Assembly: GCA_040005235.1 (NCBI GenBank)
Contig: JBDTZG010000037.1
Span: forward strand, 1 to 53,824
Length of the DNA: 53,824 nt
Reading direction: 5' to 3'
DNA from: Acidobacteriota bacterium
GTDB taxonomy: Bacteria; Acidobacteriota; Thermoanaerobaculia; Multivoradales; UBA5704
Below the pieces are notes generated by a model. That model saw nothing but the letters and a program-made list of their open reading frames with translations, had not been told where the DNA came from and did not search any database. Position 1 is the stretch's first letter, and every line of letters begins with the position of its first letter. Below, piece after piece: positions 27,275 through 36,892 of the stretch. The translations under genes were made by a program, and so were the position numbers.

Positions 27275-28870
27275 ATGATACGCCAAGCGGAATGGCTGGT
27301 GGCCGGTGCGGTCTCGATTCTCCTGGTTTGGGCGCCGCTGCCGTTCGGCAGCGTCACCCCCTGGAGCGAAGCACTGCTCGAAATCGCGGTCTTCGCGCTC
27401 TTCGCCCTGGCTCTCGCGGGCGGCGAAGCGCCCGGCGCCTTACGCCGTTTGAAGTGGCCGGCCGGAGCGCTCGTTTGCATCGCCCTTCTCGGCCTCGTCC
27501 AGACGCTCCCTTGGCCTCGGTCGCTCGCCGCCCTCGTCTCCCCCGATCACGTTCGTCTGTTCGATGCCGCCCGCGAGGTTCTGGGCCGCCCGCCGGAAGG
27601 CTCGTTTCCCCTGTCGCTCGCTGCGGCCGAATCGCTGCGGGCGGCGATTTCGTTCGCCGCGGTCGCCGCCGCCCTGCTCGCCGCCGGAATCGCCGGGCGG
27701 GATCGCCGCTGCCGGCGGTCGTTCGCTTTCGCCCTGATCGCCTCGGCGCTTTTCCAGGTGCTCTACGGCGCCCGGCGGTGGTTCGCGCGGTCGAACGAAA
27801 TCTGGGGCCGCGAAGTTCCGGGCACCAACGAACGGCTGCGCGGAACGTTCGTCAACCCCAACCACCTGGCGTTCTTTCTCGGCCTGGCCCTGCCGGTGGT
27901 CTTCGCCTGGGGCTGGTGGTCGTTCCGCCGCGCGCGCGAGGAAACCCAACTGGAGCGCCGCCTGCTGCGGGTCGCGCCGCCGATCATCGTCTGGCTGCTT
28001 CTGTTCGCCGGGCTGGCGTTTTCCGGTTCGCGCGCCGGGATGCTCGCCGGGCTGGCGGCGGTGGTCGCCCAGGGCGCGCTGCTCGCCGCGGGCGAGAAGC
28101 GGAGGCGCTGGTTCGCGGCCGGGCTGGCGATCGCCCTGGCCGGCCTCGCGGTGGTCGCCCTGATCGGCCGCCAGGAGGGCTTCGGCCGGCTGATCGGCCT
28201 GTCGAGCAACGGCGGCTCGTCCGTCCGGGTCGAAGCGTGGCGCGCCACCCTCGGCCTGATCCGGCGCTTTCCGCTGCTCGGCACCGGTCTCGGCTCGTTC
28301 CGCGAGGCGTTCCCCCTGGTGCAGCCGGCGGATCTCCCCGGCACCTGGAGGCACGCGCACAACGACCCCCTGGAGCTGCTCGCCACGGCGGGGATCGTCG
28401 GCCTGGCGCTCGCGATCGCGGGTCTCGGCGGGCTTCTCTACCACCTGGCGCGCGTCCTGCGCCACGGGCGGCGCTCGGAGGACCGGGCGGCCGCGCTCGG
28501 AGCGCTCGGGGCGCTGGCCGCCGCCGGGCTTCACGAGCTGGTGGATTTCAGCCTGACTCTCCCGGCCAACGCTTTCGCCGCGGCCGTTCTGGTGGGCGCC
28601 GCGGTCTCAAGTCGTCGGAGCCAGGAGGCGAACGGCACCCGGCCGGACGGGGCCGCCGTCGAGCGCCGTGATCTCCAGCAGGTGGAGCCCGGGAGAGATC
28701 GAGATCGGCAGGCTGAGCGACGCCCCCGCGGCGACCATGAACGTGCCGACGAAACCGCCGTCCACGCGGACCTCGACCACCGCGCGCTCGGTGGCCACCT
28801 CGAGAATCGCAATCTCGACCCCCGGAGCGTTGCGGGCGGCGACCAGCTCCCGGCGCTCCCTTCCTCCTAG
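27275..28870 (+). CDS. O-antigen ligase / Wzy_C family membrane protein
   Basis: WAPLPFGSV, RLRGTFVNPNHLA, SGSRAG, PLLGTGLGSF and HAHNDPLE. Confidence 0.88.
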   Translation: MIRQAEWLVAGAVSILLVWAPLPFGSVTPWSEALLEIAVFALFALALAGGEAPGALRRLKWPAGALVCIALLGLVQTLPWPRSLAALVSPDHVRLFDAAREVLGRPPEGSFPLSLAAAESLRAAISFAAVAAALLAAGIAGRDRRCRRSFAFALIASALFQVLYGARRWFARSNEIWGREVPGTNERLRGTFVNPNHLAFFLGLALPVVFAWGWWSFRRAREETQLERRLLRVAPPIIVWLLLFAGLAFSGSRAGMLAGLAAVVAQGALLAAGEKRRRWFAAGLAIALAGLAVVALIGRQEGFGRLIGLSSNGGSSVRVEAWRATLGLIRRFPLLGTGLGSFREAFPLVQPADLPGTWRHAHNDPLELLATAGIVGLALAIAGLGGLLYHLARVLRHGRRSEDRAAALGALGALAAAGLHELVDFSLTLPANAFAAAVLVGAAVSSRRSQEANGTRPDGAAVERRDLQQVEPGRDRDRQAERRPRGDHERADETAVHADLDHRALGGHLENRNLDPRSVAGGDQLPALPSS

Positions 28871-30163
28871 AGCCGTCCAGCCCGCCTCCGGCCAGGAATC
28901 CGCGGCGAGGGCGGCGAGGATTTCGGGCGCCGGGCGTGCGGCGAGCGCCTTCGTCTCGCCGAACGGCTGGCCGGCTTGGGCTTCGAAGCTCCGGGCGAGA
29001 TCGAGATCGCCCGCGAGGTGGGCGGCGAGTGCCGCGGACGCCGGATCGGCATCGCCGGAGAGGCGGGCCAAGCGGGAAAGCGCCGCCGGACCGAGCGGAC
29101 ACGCCGCATACCGGCAGCGGTCGAGGATCCACCCGAGCGCCGCGGCCAGGCGGGTCGCGGTCGCGGCATCGGCCCGGCCCGCCGGGCACTCGTCGACCGC
29201 CGAGGCCAGCAGCGACTCCCCGTCGTCCGCTTCGCCCGCCCGGGCGGCCAGCTCCAGGTAGAGCGCGCGCCCGCCGTCCACGTCGCCGCGCCGGACCTCC
29301 CGGCGCGCCTCTTCGAGAGTCGCGCCGAGCCGCGCGCTCTGCGCGCCGCGAAGGCGCAGGCGCGCGTCGCGCATCGCCGGCCAATCGGGCTTCTGGCTAT
29401 AGATCTGGCGAACCTCGGCCCACGCTTGCGGATCGTCCGGAACGACGGAAAATGCCAACCTGCGATCCGCGGCCACCGCGAGCCAGGCGGGGAGCAAATC
29501 CTGCCGAGCGTAGAGATCGGCGAGCCCGCGGCGGATCAACCCGAGCGCGACGCGACGCTTGGCCGGAGAGAGCACCGGCCAGAGCCGGGTATAGGCATGG
29601 GCGAGCACGATTTCCGGCTCGAATCTGCCGGGTGCCAGGGCGCGCGCGGCCTCCAAGGGAGCCTCCCACTCGCGGTACGCCTGGATCAGGCGGTCGTCCT
29701 CGGTGCGCAGACGGCCGAGATAGATGGCGCCGCCGATCACCAACGGCCCCTCCCAGGCGGCCGGCCGTTCGGCGAACGACTCCGCGGCGAGGCTCGCGGC
29801 AGAGGCCAACCGGGCCGCGCTTCGGGAGGCATCGGCCGCCGCAGCCGGCGAGCCGGGGGGAAGGTCGGGCGGCCGGCGCGAAAACTCCGCGGCGAACACC
29901 CCGCGAGCCGCGCGGAGACGAGCCCGCGCCGGGTCGCTCTCGCGCGCCACCTCGACCGCCAGCCGATCGGGCAAAACCAGCGGCGCGGAGGCCGCGAGAA
30001 AAGCGGTCAGCCGCGCTTGCTCGGCGCGCTCTTCCACGGCCTCCTCCCCTGCCGCCACCGCCAGGCCGAGCGACGCGAGGGCGACCAGCGCGCGCAGCAC
30101 CCCCAAGCGACCGGGCGGGGCGGTCGGCGGACGAGAGCTCGAAGCGGCGGCCGAAGGGCTCAT
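28607..30163 (-). CDS. Hypothetical membrane-anchored alpha-helical protein, 518 aa
   Basis: Long ORF with an N-terminal TM segment, Ala/Arg-rich helices and a C-terminal beta domain (VEVRVDGGFVG...PGLHLLEI). Confidence 0.65.
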   Translation of the reverse strand: MSPSAAASSSRPPTAPPGRLGVLRALVALASLGLAVAAGEEAVEERAEQARLTAFLAASAPLVLPDRLAVEVARESDPARARLRAARGVFAAEFSRRPPDLPPGSPAAAADASRSAARLASAASLAAESFAERPAAWEGPLVIGGAIYLGRLRTEDDRLIQAYREWEAPLEAARALAPGRFEPEIVLAHAYTRLWPVLSPAKRRVALGLIRRGLADLYARQDLLPAWLAVAADRRLAFSVVPDDPQAWAEVRQIYSQKPDWPAMRDARLRLRGAQSARLGATLEEARREVRRGDVDGGRALYLELAARAGEADDGESLLASAVDECPAGRADAATATRLAAALGWILDRCRYAACPLGPAALSRLARLSGDADPASAALAAHLAGDLDLARSFEAQAGQPFGETKALAARPAPEILAALAADSWPEAGWTALGGRERRELVAARNAPGVEIAILEVATERAVVEVRVDGGFVGTFMVAAGASLSLPISISPGLHLLEITALDGGPVRPGAVRLLAPTT

Positions 30164-30216
30164 GGCTGAGGGCTGAGAGGGCTGAGGCGGTGACCGAGGT
30201 CGCTATAGTAACGAAG

Positions 30217-30648
30217 ATGTCCCTCTCCTTTCGCTCCGCCCACGGCGCCTCGGTGCTCGCCGCCCTGGCGGTCGCGATCCTGTTGCTGCTGCCCGCCCCT
30301 CCCGGTCCCCCCGGATGGTTGGCGGACGAGCTGCCCGCCGCGCTGTCGAGCCGGCTGGACAAGGTCGTCCACGCCGGCATGTTCTTCACCCTCGCCGGGA
30401 TCTGGCTCCGCTCGTTCCGGCGCCTGCCCGCCTGGCCTCGGCCGATCGGTTCGGCCGTGCTGTTCGCGACGGGGTACGGCGCGCTGCTCGAAGTCCTTCA
30501 GGCCCTCACCCCCGAGCGGACCTCGTCGTTCGCCGACGCGCTCGCCAACCTGACCGGGGCGCTGCTCCTCGGGGCGGCCGCAGCGGTCGCCGGCCGGAGG
30601 GATCGCGTTTCGGAGCGCCGTCCGGGTCGCATTCCGGAGATACCGTGA
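30217..30648 (+). CDS. VanZ family membrane protein
   Basis: DKVVHAGMF, YGALLEVLQ...P.RTSSFADALANLTG. Confidence 0.88.
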   Translation: MSLSFRSAHGASVLAALAVAILLLLPAPPGPPGWLADELPAALSSRLDKVVHAGMFFTLAGIWLRSFRRLPAWPRPIGSAVLFATGYGALLEVLQALTPERTSSFADALANLTGALLLGAAAAVAGRRDRVSERRPGRIPEIP

Positions 30649-31895
30649 GACGAACCGGCCTCCGTTTCGCGCCGCCGCGGCTCGCGCCCGAGATTCTCCC
30701 GGATCTCGCCTGGATGCTTGCCCGCGCCTTCGGCCCGGACGAGCCGGGATCGAGAGTTCGACCCGCGGAGCCCCGAAGGGCGGTCGACCTCGCCCGCCGG
30801 TTCGGGCTCGCGGCGCGGATCGCCGCCCGCGCCGAACGGGCCGCGCTCACGGCGGAGCTGGGCGACGCGGCGGAGGCGCTCCAGGCCGAACGCCGGGTGA
30901 CTACGGCGGGCGATCTTCGCCTCGAAGCGGCGGTCCGGGAGATCGCCGGGGTCGCGGCCGACAGGGGGATTCCGATCGGGTACCTCAAGTACGCGGCGCT
31001 GGAGCTGGCCGGCGTGCTCGCCCCCGGGGGCCGGGGCGCTTCGGATGTCGACGTCCTCGCGCCGGCCGGCCGGGAGGAGGAGCTGCGGGACGCCCTGGCC
31101 GCCGCGGGTTTCGCGATCTGCGATAGCCCGGGCTACGAGCACCAGCTGGCCCCTCAGATCCATCCCCGGCTCGGCGCGGTCGAGGTGCATCGAATAATCC
31201 TCGGGGTCCGGCTGAGCGGCGGCTCCGGCGGCTTCAGCGGCTCCAGCCACCGCCGTTCCGCGACGCTCGACGCGCTGCTCGACGCCGGCCTGACCGTGAC
31301 CTGCGCAGGCCTGCCCGGCGCGGCCGTCCTGCCGTCGCTCGACGTGCTCGCCGCGCACGCCGCGGTCCACGGGCTCGGCCAGCACGGGTTCGAGCCGAAC
31401 GCCTATCCGGCGCTGCGGACGTTCGCCGATCTGATCGATCTCGGCTGGGCAGGACCCGGCGGGAGGGAATGCGCCGCGCGGATCGCCCCCTGGCTCGCCG
31501 AGGACCTCTCGGAGGCGGAGATCGGGGCGCTGGTCGACCTCTGCGCCGAGCTCGCCGCGGGAACTGCCCGGCCCGACGACGACGGCCCTGCGTCCCTCCT
31601 GCTCCGCCACGCGATCGCCGGGCGCCTCGACCCGGGCTACGCCAACGCTCTCAAGCTCTCGCTGCTCGCGCCGCGGCCGAGCGAACGAACGCCACTGGCG
31701 AGAAAGCTCGCCGCCTTGGCCGCCGCCCTGTGGCCCTCGGCGGCCCAGCTCGACGCGATCTACGGCCGGTCCTCCAGCCCCTGGGGGCGGCTCGGCCGCC
31801 GCCTGTTCCGGCCGGTCGACCTGCTGCGCCGCGCCGCCCGAGCCGCGGCAAGCGCCCGCGATCTCGACCGGCGCGACGACGAGCGCGAGGGCTGA
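30645..31895 (+). CDS. Uncharacterised nucleotidyltransferase (NTP_transf_5-like)
   Basis: LKYAAL......RGASDVDVL and VEVH. GTGA overlap with the vanZ stop. Confidence 0.78.
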   Translation: MRRTGLRFAPPRLAPEILPDLAWMLARAFGPDEPGSRVRPAEPRRAVDLARRFGLAARIAARAERAALTAELGDAAEALQAERRVTTAGDLRLEAAVREIAGVAADRGIPIGYLKYAALELAGVLAPGGRGASDVDVLAPAGREEELRDALAAAGFAICDSPGYEHQLAPQIHPRLGAVEVHRIILGVRLSGGSGGFSGSSHRRSATLDALLDAGLTVTCAGLPGAAVLPSLDVLAAHAAVHGLGQHGFEPNAYPALRTFADLIDLGWAGPGGRECAARIAPWLAEDLSEAEIGALVDLCAELAAGTARPDDDGPASLLLRHAIAGRLDPGYANALKLSLLAPRPSERTPLARKLAALAAALWPSAAQLDAIYGRSSSPWGRLGRRLFRPVDLLRRAARAAASARDLDRRDDEREG

Positions 31896-31913
31896 GGTAC
31901 CATTCGCCGCGCC

Positions 31914-33212
31914 ATGAAGCCCCCCTCCCCCACGCCATCGACCGCTCCGCCGTTTGCGGTCGTCGCGATGTGGGCGCTGATCTACACCGTTCCGCTGTTG
32001 GTGATTCCCGGTCTTCACGAGTCGTTTCGCACCCCCAAGCTGCTGATCGGCGAGCTGCTCGCGCTCGGCTCACTGATCGGACTCGCGTTTCGCCTCTACG
32101 GCCGAGAGATCGATTTTCGCGCGGTCGCCAAAAGACCCGAGGTCGCGGCGCTGGTCCCTCTGCTGCTGCTCGCCGCGGCAAGCCTCGGCTCGACCGCCCA
32201 CATCCTTCATGTGCGCGAAGCGGTCGCGAGCTTAGGCGTCGGCGCCGCTTGTCTGATCGGCTGGACCGCCGGCTTCGATCGCGCCCAGAAGGAGCGTTTC
32301 CTGATCGGCTCGCTGGTCCCGGCAGCGCTCTCCGCGCTGCTCGCGATCGTTCAGTTCCACCAGCTTTGGGAGCCGCTTCGCTTTGCCGGAATCGGCTACG
32401 ACTCGCGGCTCGGCGTCACGGCGCTCGCCGGCAATCCGGGCGATCTCGGCGCCTACCTGGTCCTGCCCTGCCTGATCGGGCTCTGGTGCCTGCCGCGCCT
32501 CGCCGGGCGGCAGCGAATCCTCGCGGGGGTGGCGTTTGCCCTCTGCCTGTACGCCCTGATCGTCACCCAGACGTTGGCCGCTCTCGCCGCTCTTGCGGTC
32601 GGCGCCCTGGTCTACGCGTTCGGCGCCCTGCCGCGGCGGCAACTGTTCGCAGGGCTTGCGGCGGTTGTGATTCTCGGCGCCCTCGCTCTGCTCGCCGTGG
32701 CACCGCTGCAAAAGCGGGTCGCGGTGAAGGTCCAGTCGATCATCACCGGCGACTGGAACGACCTGCTGACCGGCCGGCTCGACGGCTGGCGGGCCGCCCT
32801 CTTAATGTGGCACGAGAACCCCTGGACGGGGGTCGGACACGGCGCCTATCGGCCGGAATTCGTGCCGGCCAAGCTGGAGCTCGCCTATGCCGGAACGCGC
32901 TTTTACGCGGGCCACACCCAGCCGGTGTTCGCCAACGCCCACAACGAGTTTCTGGAGGTGGCCGCCGACCTCGGCTGGCCGGGGGTGATCGCGCTCGCCT
33001 GGGGAATCGGGGTGATCGGCTTCGCGGCGTTCCGCCGGGCCGGCACCGAGGACGGGGAATTCCGGGAACCCAGGGATCGCGCCCTTTTCCTCGCCGGCCT
33101 CGCCGCGCTCGGGGTGCTCTCGGTCGCCTACTTCCCGTTCCGCATCGCCCTGGTCGCATTCCCCGCGCTGTTGTTTCTCGCCTGGGGCCTCGACCGCACG
33201 GAGATCCCCTGA
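31914..33212 (+). CDS. O-antigen ligase / Wzy_C family membrane protein
   Basis: LAGNPGDLG, GRLDGW, PWTGVGHGAY and NAHNEFLE. Confidence 0.88.
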   Translation: MKPPSPTPSTAPPFAVVAMWALIYTVPLLVIPGLHESFRTPKLLIGELLALGSLIGLAFRLYGREIDFRAVAKRPEVAALVPLLLLAAASLGSTAHILHVREAVASLGVGAACLIGWTAGFDRAQKERFLIGSLVPAALSALLAIVQFHQLWEPLRFAGIGYDSRLGVTALAGNPGDLGAYLVLPCLIGLWCLPRLAGRQRILAGVAFALCLYALIVTQTLAALAALAVGALVYAFGALPRRQLFAGLAAVVILGALALLAVAPLQKRVAVKVQSIITGDWNDLLTGRLDGWRAALLMWHENPWTGVGHGAYRPEFVPAKLELAYAGTRFYAGHTQPVFANAHNEFLEVAADLGWPGVIALAWGIGVIGFAAFRRAGTEDGEFREPRDRALFLAGLAALGVLSVAYFPFRIALVAFPALLFLAWGLDRTEIP

Positions 33213-33766
33213 TGGCTCGACGAGCGGGCACGCAGCGAACGCCCCGTGCAGCCGGGACACCGGCCGGGACGCCGGTCAAGTCGACCTCCAAGTGGGCCGC
33301 CCAAGCCGGCGGTCGCAAGCCCGCCGGGCGGGCGTTCTTGATCGTCTTGGTTCTGCTGGTCGCCGCGCTGGTCGGACAGGTTCGCCTGACCATTTCCCGC
33401 CTTGGCGCCAGCCGGGCGCTCGATCAGGTCGAGCTGCGGTCCAAGGCGGCGCTCGCCGCCGGTCGGGCCTCCCGCATCCTGTTCGCCGAAAACCTGCAGG
33501 TCCTGCGGCGCGCCGCCGAGCTCGATCCTCTGGAGCCCGGCGTGCCGATCGCCCGCGGCGCCCAACACCTCCTGCTGGGCAGCGCGGAGGCCGCCGAAGA
33601 AGCGTATATCGACGCCCTGCGCCTGGAACCGCGCCCCGAGATCTATCTGAACCTCGGGCGCGCCCAGCTTCTGGCCGGCACCCCCGACGCCGCGCGAAAG
33701 AGCTTCGGAACCGCCGTCACGCTCGACCCCAACCTGGGGCAATTCATACCCCCCGCCGGGCGGTAG
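33212..33766 (+). CDS. Membrane-anchored TPR protein, 184 aa
   Basis: TGATG coupling, one TM segment, and AEEAYIDALRLEPRPEIYLNLGRA TPR helices. Confidence 0.8.
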   Translation: MARRAGTQRTPRAAGTPAGTPVKSTSKWAAQAGGRKPAGRAFLIVLVLLVAALVGQVRLTISRLGASRALDQVELRSKAALAAGRASRILFAENLQVLRRAAELDPLEPGVPIARGAQHLLLGSAEAAEEAYIDALRLEPRPEIYLNLGRAQLLAGTPDAARKSFGTAVTLDPNLGQFIPPAGR

Positions 33767-33983
33767 ACCGAGCACGAACGGGTAGGGACGCCGCGCACCA
33801 AACGAGAGGCCAACAGCCCACCTGTTTTGACGGGTCGGAATCGCAAAAGGACGGAAATCCGCTGGACCCTTCCAACGAGTATAGAATTGCAGGTATATTT
33901 CGAACTAAGCCGATAATTTGGCGCGTCGGTGGGCCGATCTACCTGTTCTTTCCCTCGCTCGGACCCGGCCTTCAGGAGGTTTC

Positions 33984-35495
33984 ATGAAGCGAATAGCCGT
34001 CGCAGCCCTCTTGCTCCTGTCCAGCGTGGCCTCCCGCGCCACCACGTACAAAATGATGTCCGACGACCATTTGGCCGACGCCGCCTCGGCGATCGCCCAG
34101 GTTAGGGTGACCGCGGTCGAGCCCTCGCCGGCCGTCGGCATGCCGAGCACCGACTACCTGGTCGAGATCGAGAAACTGGTCAAGGGTTTCGTCCCGGGCA
34201 GCACGCTGGTCGTCCGGGTCCCCGGGGGGATCGGCGCCGACGGCTTGGGCCTGAAGATCTGGGGCGCTCCGGCGTTCCGGACCGGCGAGCGGGCGCTTCT
34301 CTTCCTGGCGCCGCACGACGAAGACGGCACCTATCGGGTGGTCCAGATGATGCTCGGCGCCTTCCACGTGGTGGAAAAGGGCGGCCGCCGCTTTGCGCTC
34401 CGCGACCTGTCGGAGGCGCAGGAGTTGGTCGGCAAGGCCGGCGGCTCGACGTTACGCCCGGGCATCGACCGGGTGCGCGAGCTTTCCGGATTCACGCGCT
34501 GGCTGGAGGATCGCGCGGCCGGCCGGACGCGCGCCGCCGACTACCTGGCCACCGCGCCGGTCGGAGCCCTCGAGAGCAACTTCACCTTCCTGCTGCCGGA
34601 AGACGGTTTCGCCATCCGTTGGTTCCGCTTCGACACCGGCCTTTCGGTGCGTTGGCGGGTCAACCAGTCCGGGCAGGCGGGCGTTCCGGTCAGCCTCGCC
34701 CTCTCCTCCCTCGGGGTCGCGGTCGGCGTTTGGAACGACGACTCCTCCTCGAACATCAACTACGGAGTCGACGGAACGACCTCCGCTTCCAACGGCCTCG
34801 GCCGGTCGGACGACATCAGCACGATCCTGTTCAATGATCCGAGCGACCAGGTGCAGGGGAGCTTCGACTGCGATACCGGCGGGGTGATCGCCGCGGGCGG
34901 GCCGTTCTTCTTCGACTCCACCCGGGAATACAGAGGGGTGCGCTATCACGAGGCGGTCGAGGCCGACATCGTGACCAACGACGGCACCGATTGTTTCTTC
35001 AACGGCGACGCCAAGACGGTCGAAGAGATCTTCGGCCACGAGCTGGGCCACACCCTGGGCCTCGGCCACTCCAGTGAGCGGCAGGCGCTGATGTTCGCCA
35101 ACGCCCACGCGGACGGCCGGGGAGCGAGCCTCAATCCGGACGATCGGGCGGGCATCGCGGTGCTCTACGGCGATGGCTCGACCCCGCCCCCCCCTCCTCC
35201 GCCGCCGCCGGGACTCAAAACCCCGACCCACGTCGTCGCCATGATCCTCAACTCGACGAAAGTGAAGCTGACCTGGACCGACAATTCGACCGTCGAGGAG
35301 CAGGTCCTGGTCGAACGCAAGAGAATCGGCGGCAGCTGGCGCCAGGTGCTCGCCTTGCCGGCCAACTCGGTCACCGCCACCGTGACCGGCCTCACCCCCG
35401 GCAAGCCCTACGCCTTCCGGCTTCGGGTGAAGAAGGGGACCGCGTTCTCGCCCTATAGCGAGACGGTGCGAACCGCGAACCTGCCTGCCCATTGA
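33984..35495 (+). CDS. Secreted matrixin-like metzincin protease with a fibronectin type III domain
   Basis: AGGAGG RBS, signal peptide, HELGHTLGLGH, Met-turn ALM, poly-Pro linker and LTWTDNS...GLTPGKPY.FR. Confidence 0.92.
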   Translation: MKRIAVAALLLLSSVASRATTYKMMSDDHLADAASAIAQVRVTAVEPSPAVGMPSTDYLVEIEKLVKGFVPGSTLVVRVPGGIGADGLGLKIWGAPAFRTGERALLFLAPHDEDGTYRVVQMMLGAFHVVEKGGRRFALRDLSEAQELVGKAGGSTLRPGIDRVRELSGFTRWLEDRAAGRTRAADYLATAPVGALESNFTFLLPEDGFAIRWFRFDTGLSVRWRVNQSGQAGVPVSLALSSLGVAVGVWNDDSSSNINYGVDGTTSASNGLGRSDDISTILFNDPSDQVQGSFDCDTGGVIAAGGPFFFDSTREYRGVRYHEAVEADIVTNDGTDCFFNGDAKTVEEIFGHELGHTLGLGHSSERQALMFANAHADGRGASLNPDDRAGIAVLYGDGSTPPPPPPPPPGLKTPTHVVAMILNSTKVKLTWTDNSTVEEQVLVERKRIGGSWRQVLALPANSVTATVTGLTPGKPYAFRLRVKKGTAFSPYSETVRTANLPAH

Positions 35496-36877
35496 TGGCC
35501 GAAGATCCCGGATTCCCCCTCGCCTTCGAGGGGGGTTGTACCCCGCTGCTGCTCGCCCTGTTCGACCAGACCCCGGTCGTCGACGGGGCTCGTCTCGCGA
35601 TCCACGCCGCGGACGACATGATGAACCACTTCCTCTGGAACTATGGGGCGGATGGCCGGGGATGGCGCCTGGAGCAGGCGCTCTCCGCCTACTACCGTTC
35701 CGGCCTGGTGATCTGGGAGCACCAGCGCCGGATTCTCGAATGGCGGTTCGGCGACCTGGCGAAGGTCGAAAGTGTGCTCGATTTCGCCAGCGGTTACGGC
35801 CGGGCGACCCGCTTCATGATTCACGATCTCGGCGGCGACCGGATTTGGGCGGCCGAGATCGACCCGGACGCGGTCCGGTTCCAAAAGGAGATCCTGGGCG
35901 CCCACGGCCTGCTCTCGACACCTATCCCCGAGGATCTCGCCTGCCCCCGGCGGTTCGACGCGATTCTCGTCTCCTCCCTCTTTACCCACCTGCCCGAGGC
36001 CACGTTTCGCCGTTGGCTCAAGAAGCTCTGGGCGCTCGTGGCGCCCGGCGGGGTGCTCGCGTTCAGCGTCCACGGCGAGCACCTCCTGCCGGCAGGCGCG
36101 GCACTTGCGGAATCCGGCATCCATTTCGTCAACCAGAGCGAAAGCCGCCTACTCGATACCGATCTCTACGGCAGCACCTGGGTGAACGAAGCGTTCGTCC
36201 GCGGCGCCCTCGCCGAGTTGGCGCCGGGGGCTTCCGCGGCGCTCTTCCCGCGCGGCCTCGCGAACTTTCAGGATCTGTGGGTCGTCGTCGACGCCCCGAA
36301 TCTGGACTTCTCCGGGCTCGACCTCCGCGCTCCTCTCGAAGGATTCGTCGAAAGCTGCCGCTTCGAACCGCCGCGCCTACGCCTCGCGGCCTGGGCGGCC
36401 GATCGCACCACGGGCCGGGCGCCGGTCGAAGCGCAACTGTTCGCGGCCGACCGGCAGCTCGCCTCGACCCGCGATTTCACCCCTCGGCCTGAGGTGAAGG
36501 AACTGTTCCCGAGCGAAAATGTCGCGGCGGTCGGATTTCAGCTCGAAGCCGATTGGCCGGCCGACCTTCCCCGCGCCTCGACCCGGCTCGAAGTCCGGGT
36601 GATCGACGCGGACGGACGGACGAACACCCTGCTTTCCACCCCGTGCGAGACCGCCCTGCTCCGCGCCGCGCGCTTCGACGCCTGGCTGGGCGCGCGCCAT
36701 CAGGAGAGCGAGCAGGCCCGAATCTCCGTCGAGCGCGAAACGGAACGGTCGCTCGCCGAACGCACCGAGCGCGAGCTGCGCGCCCGGATCGAGGCGATGC
36801 AGGCGAGCCGGTTCTGGAAGCTCAGGAACGCCTGGTTCGGGATCAAGCGCGGTTTGGGCCTCACCCAAGAAACCTAG
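35495..36877 (+). CDS. Class I SAM-dependent methyltransferase with a C-terminal coiled coil
   Basis: VLDFASGYGR, SSLFTHLP and PGGVL.FS. Tail RELRARIEAMQASRFWKLR. Confidence 0.85.
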   Translation: MAEDPGFPLAFEGGCTPLLLALFDQTPVVDGARLAIHAADDMMNHFLWNYGADGRGWRLEQALSAYYRSGLVIWEHQRRILEWRFGDLAKVESVLDFASGYGRATRFMIHDLGGDRIWAAEIDPDAVRFQKEILGAHGLLSTPIPEDLACPRRFDAILVSSLFTHLPEATFRRWLKKLWALVAPGGVLAFSVHGEHLLPAGAALAESGIHFVNQSESRLLDTDLYGSTWVNEAFVRGALAELAPGASAALFPRGLANFQDLWVVVDAPNLDFSGLDLRAPLEGFVESCRFEPPRLRLAAWAADRTTGRAPVEAQLFAADRQLASTRDFTPRPEVKELFPSENVAAVGFQLEADWPADLPRASTRLEVRVIDADGRTNTLLSTPCETALLRAARFDAWLGARHQESEQARISVERETERSLAERTERELRARIEAMQASRFWKLRNAWFGIKRGLGLTQET

Positions 36878-36892
36878 ACGTACAATCGACCG

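Noticed and set aside
35182-35210. C-rich simple repeat
   Set aside because: It encodes an ordinary poly-proline linker between the protease and FN3 domains.
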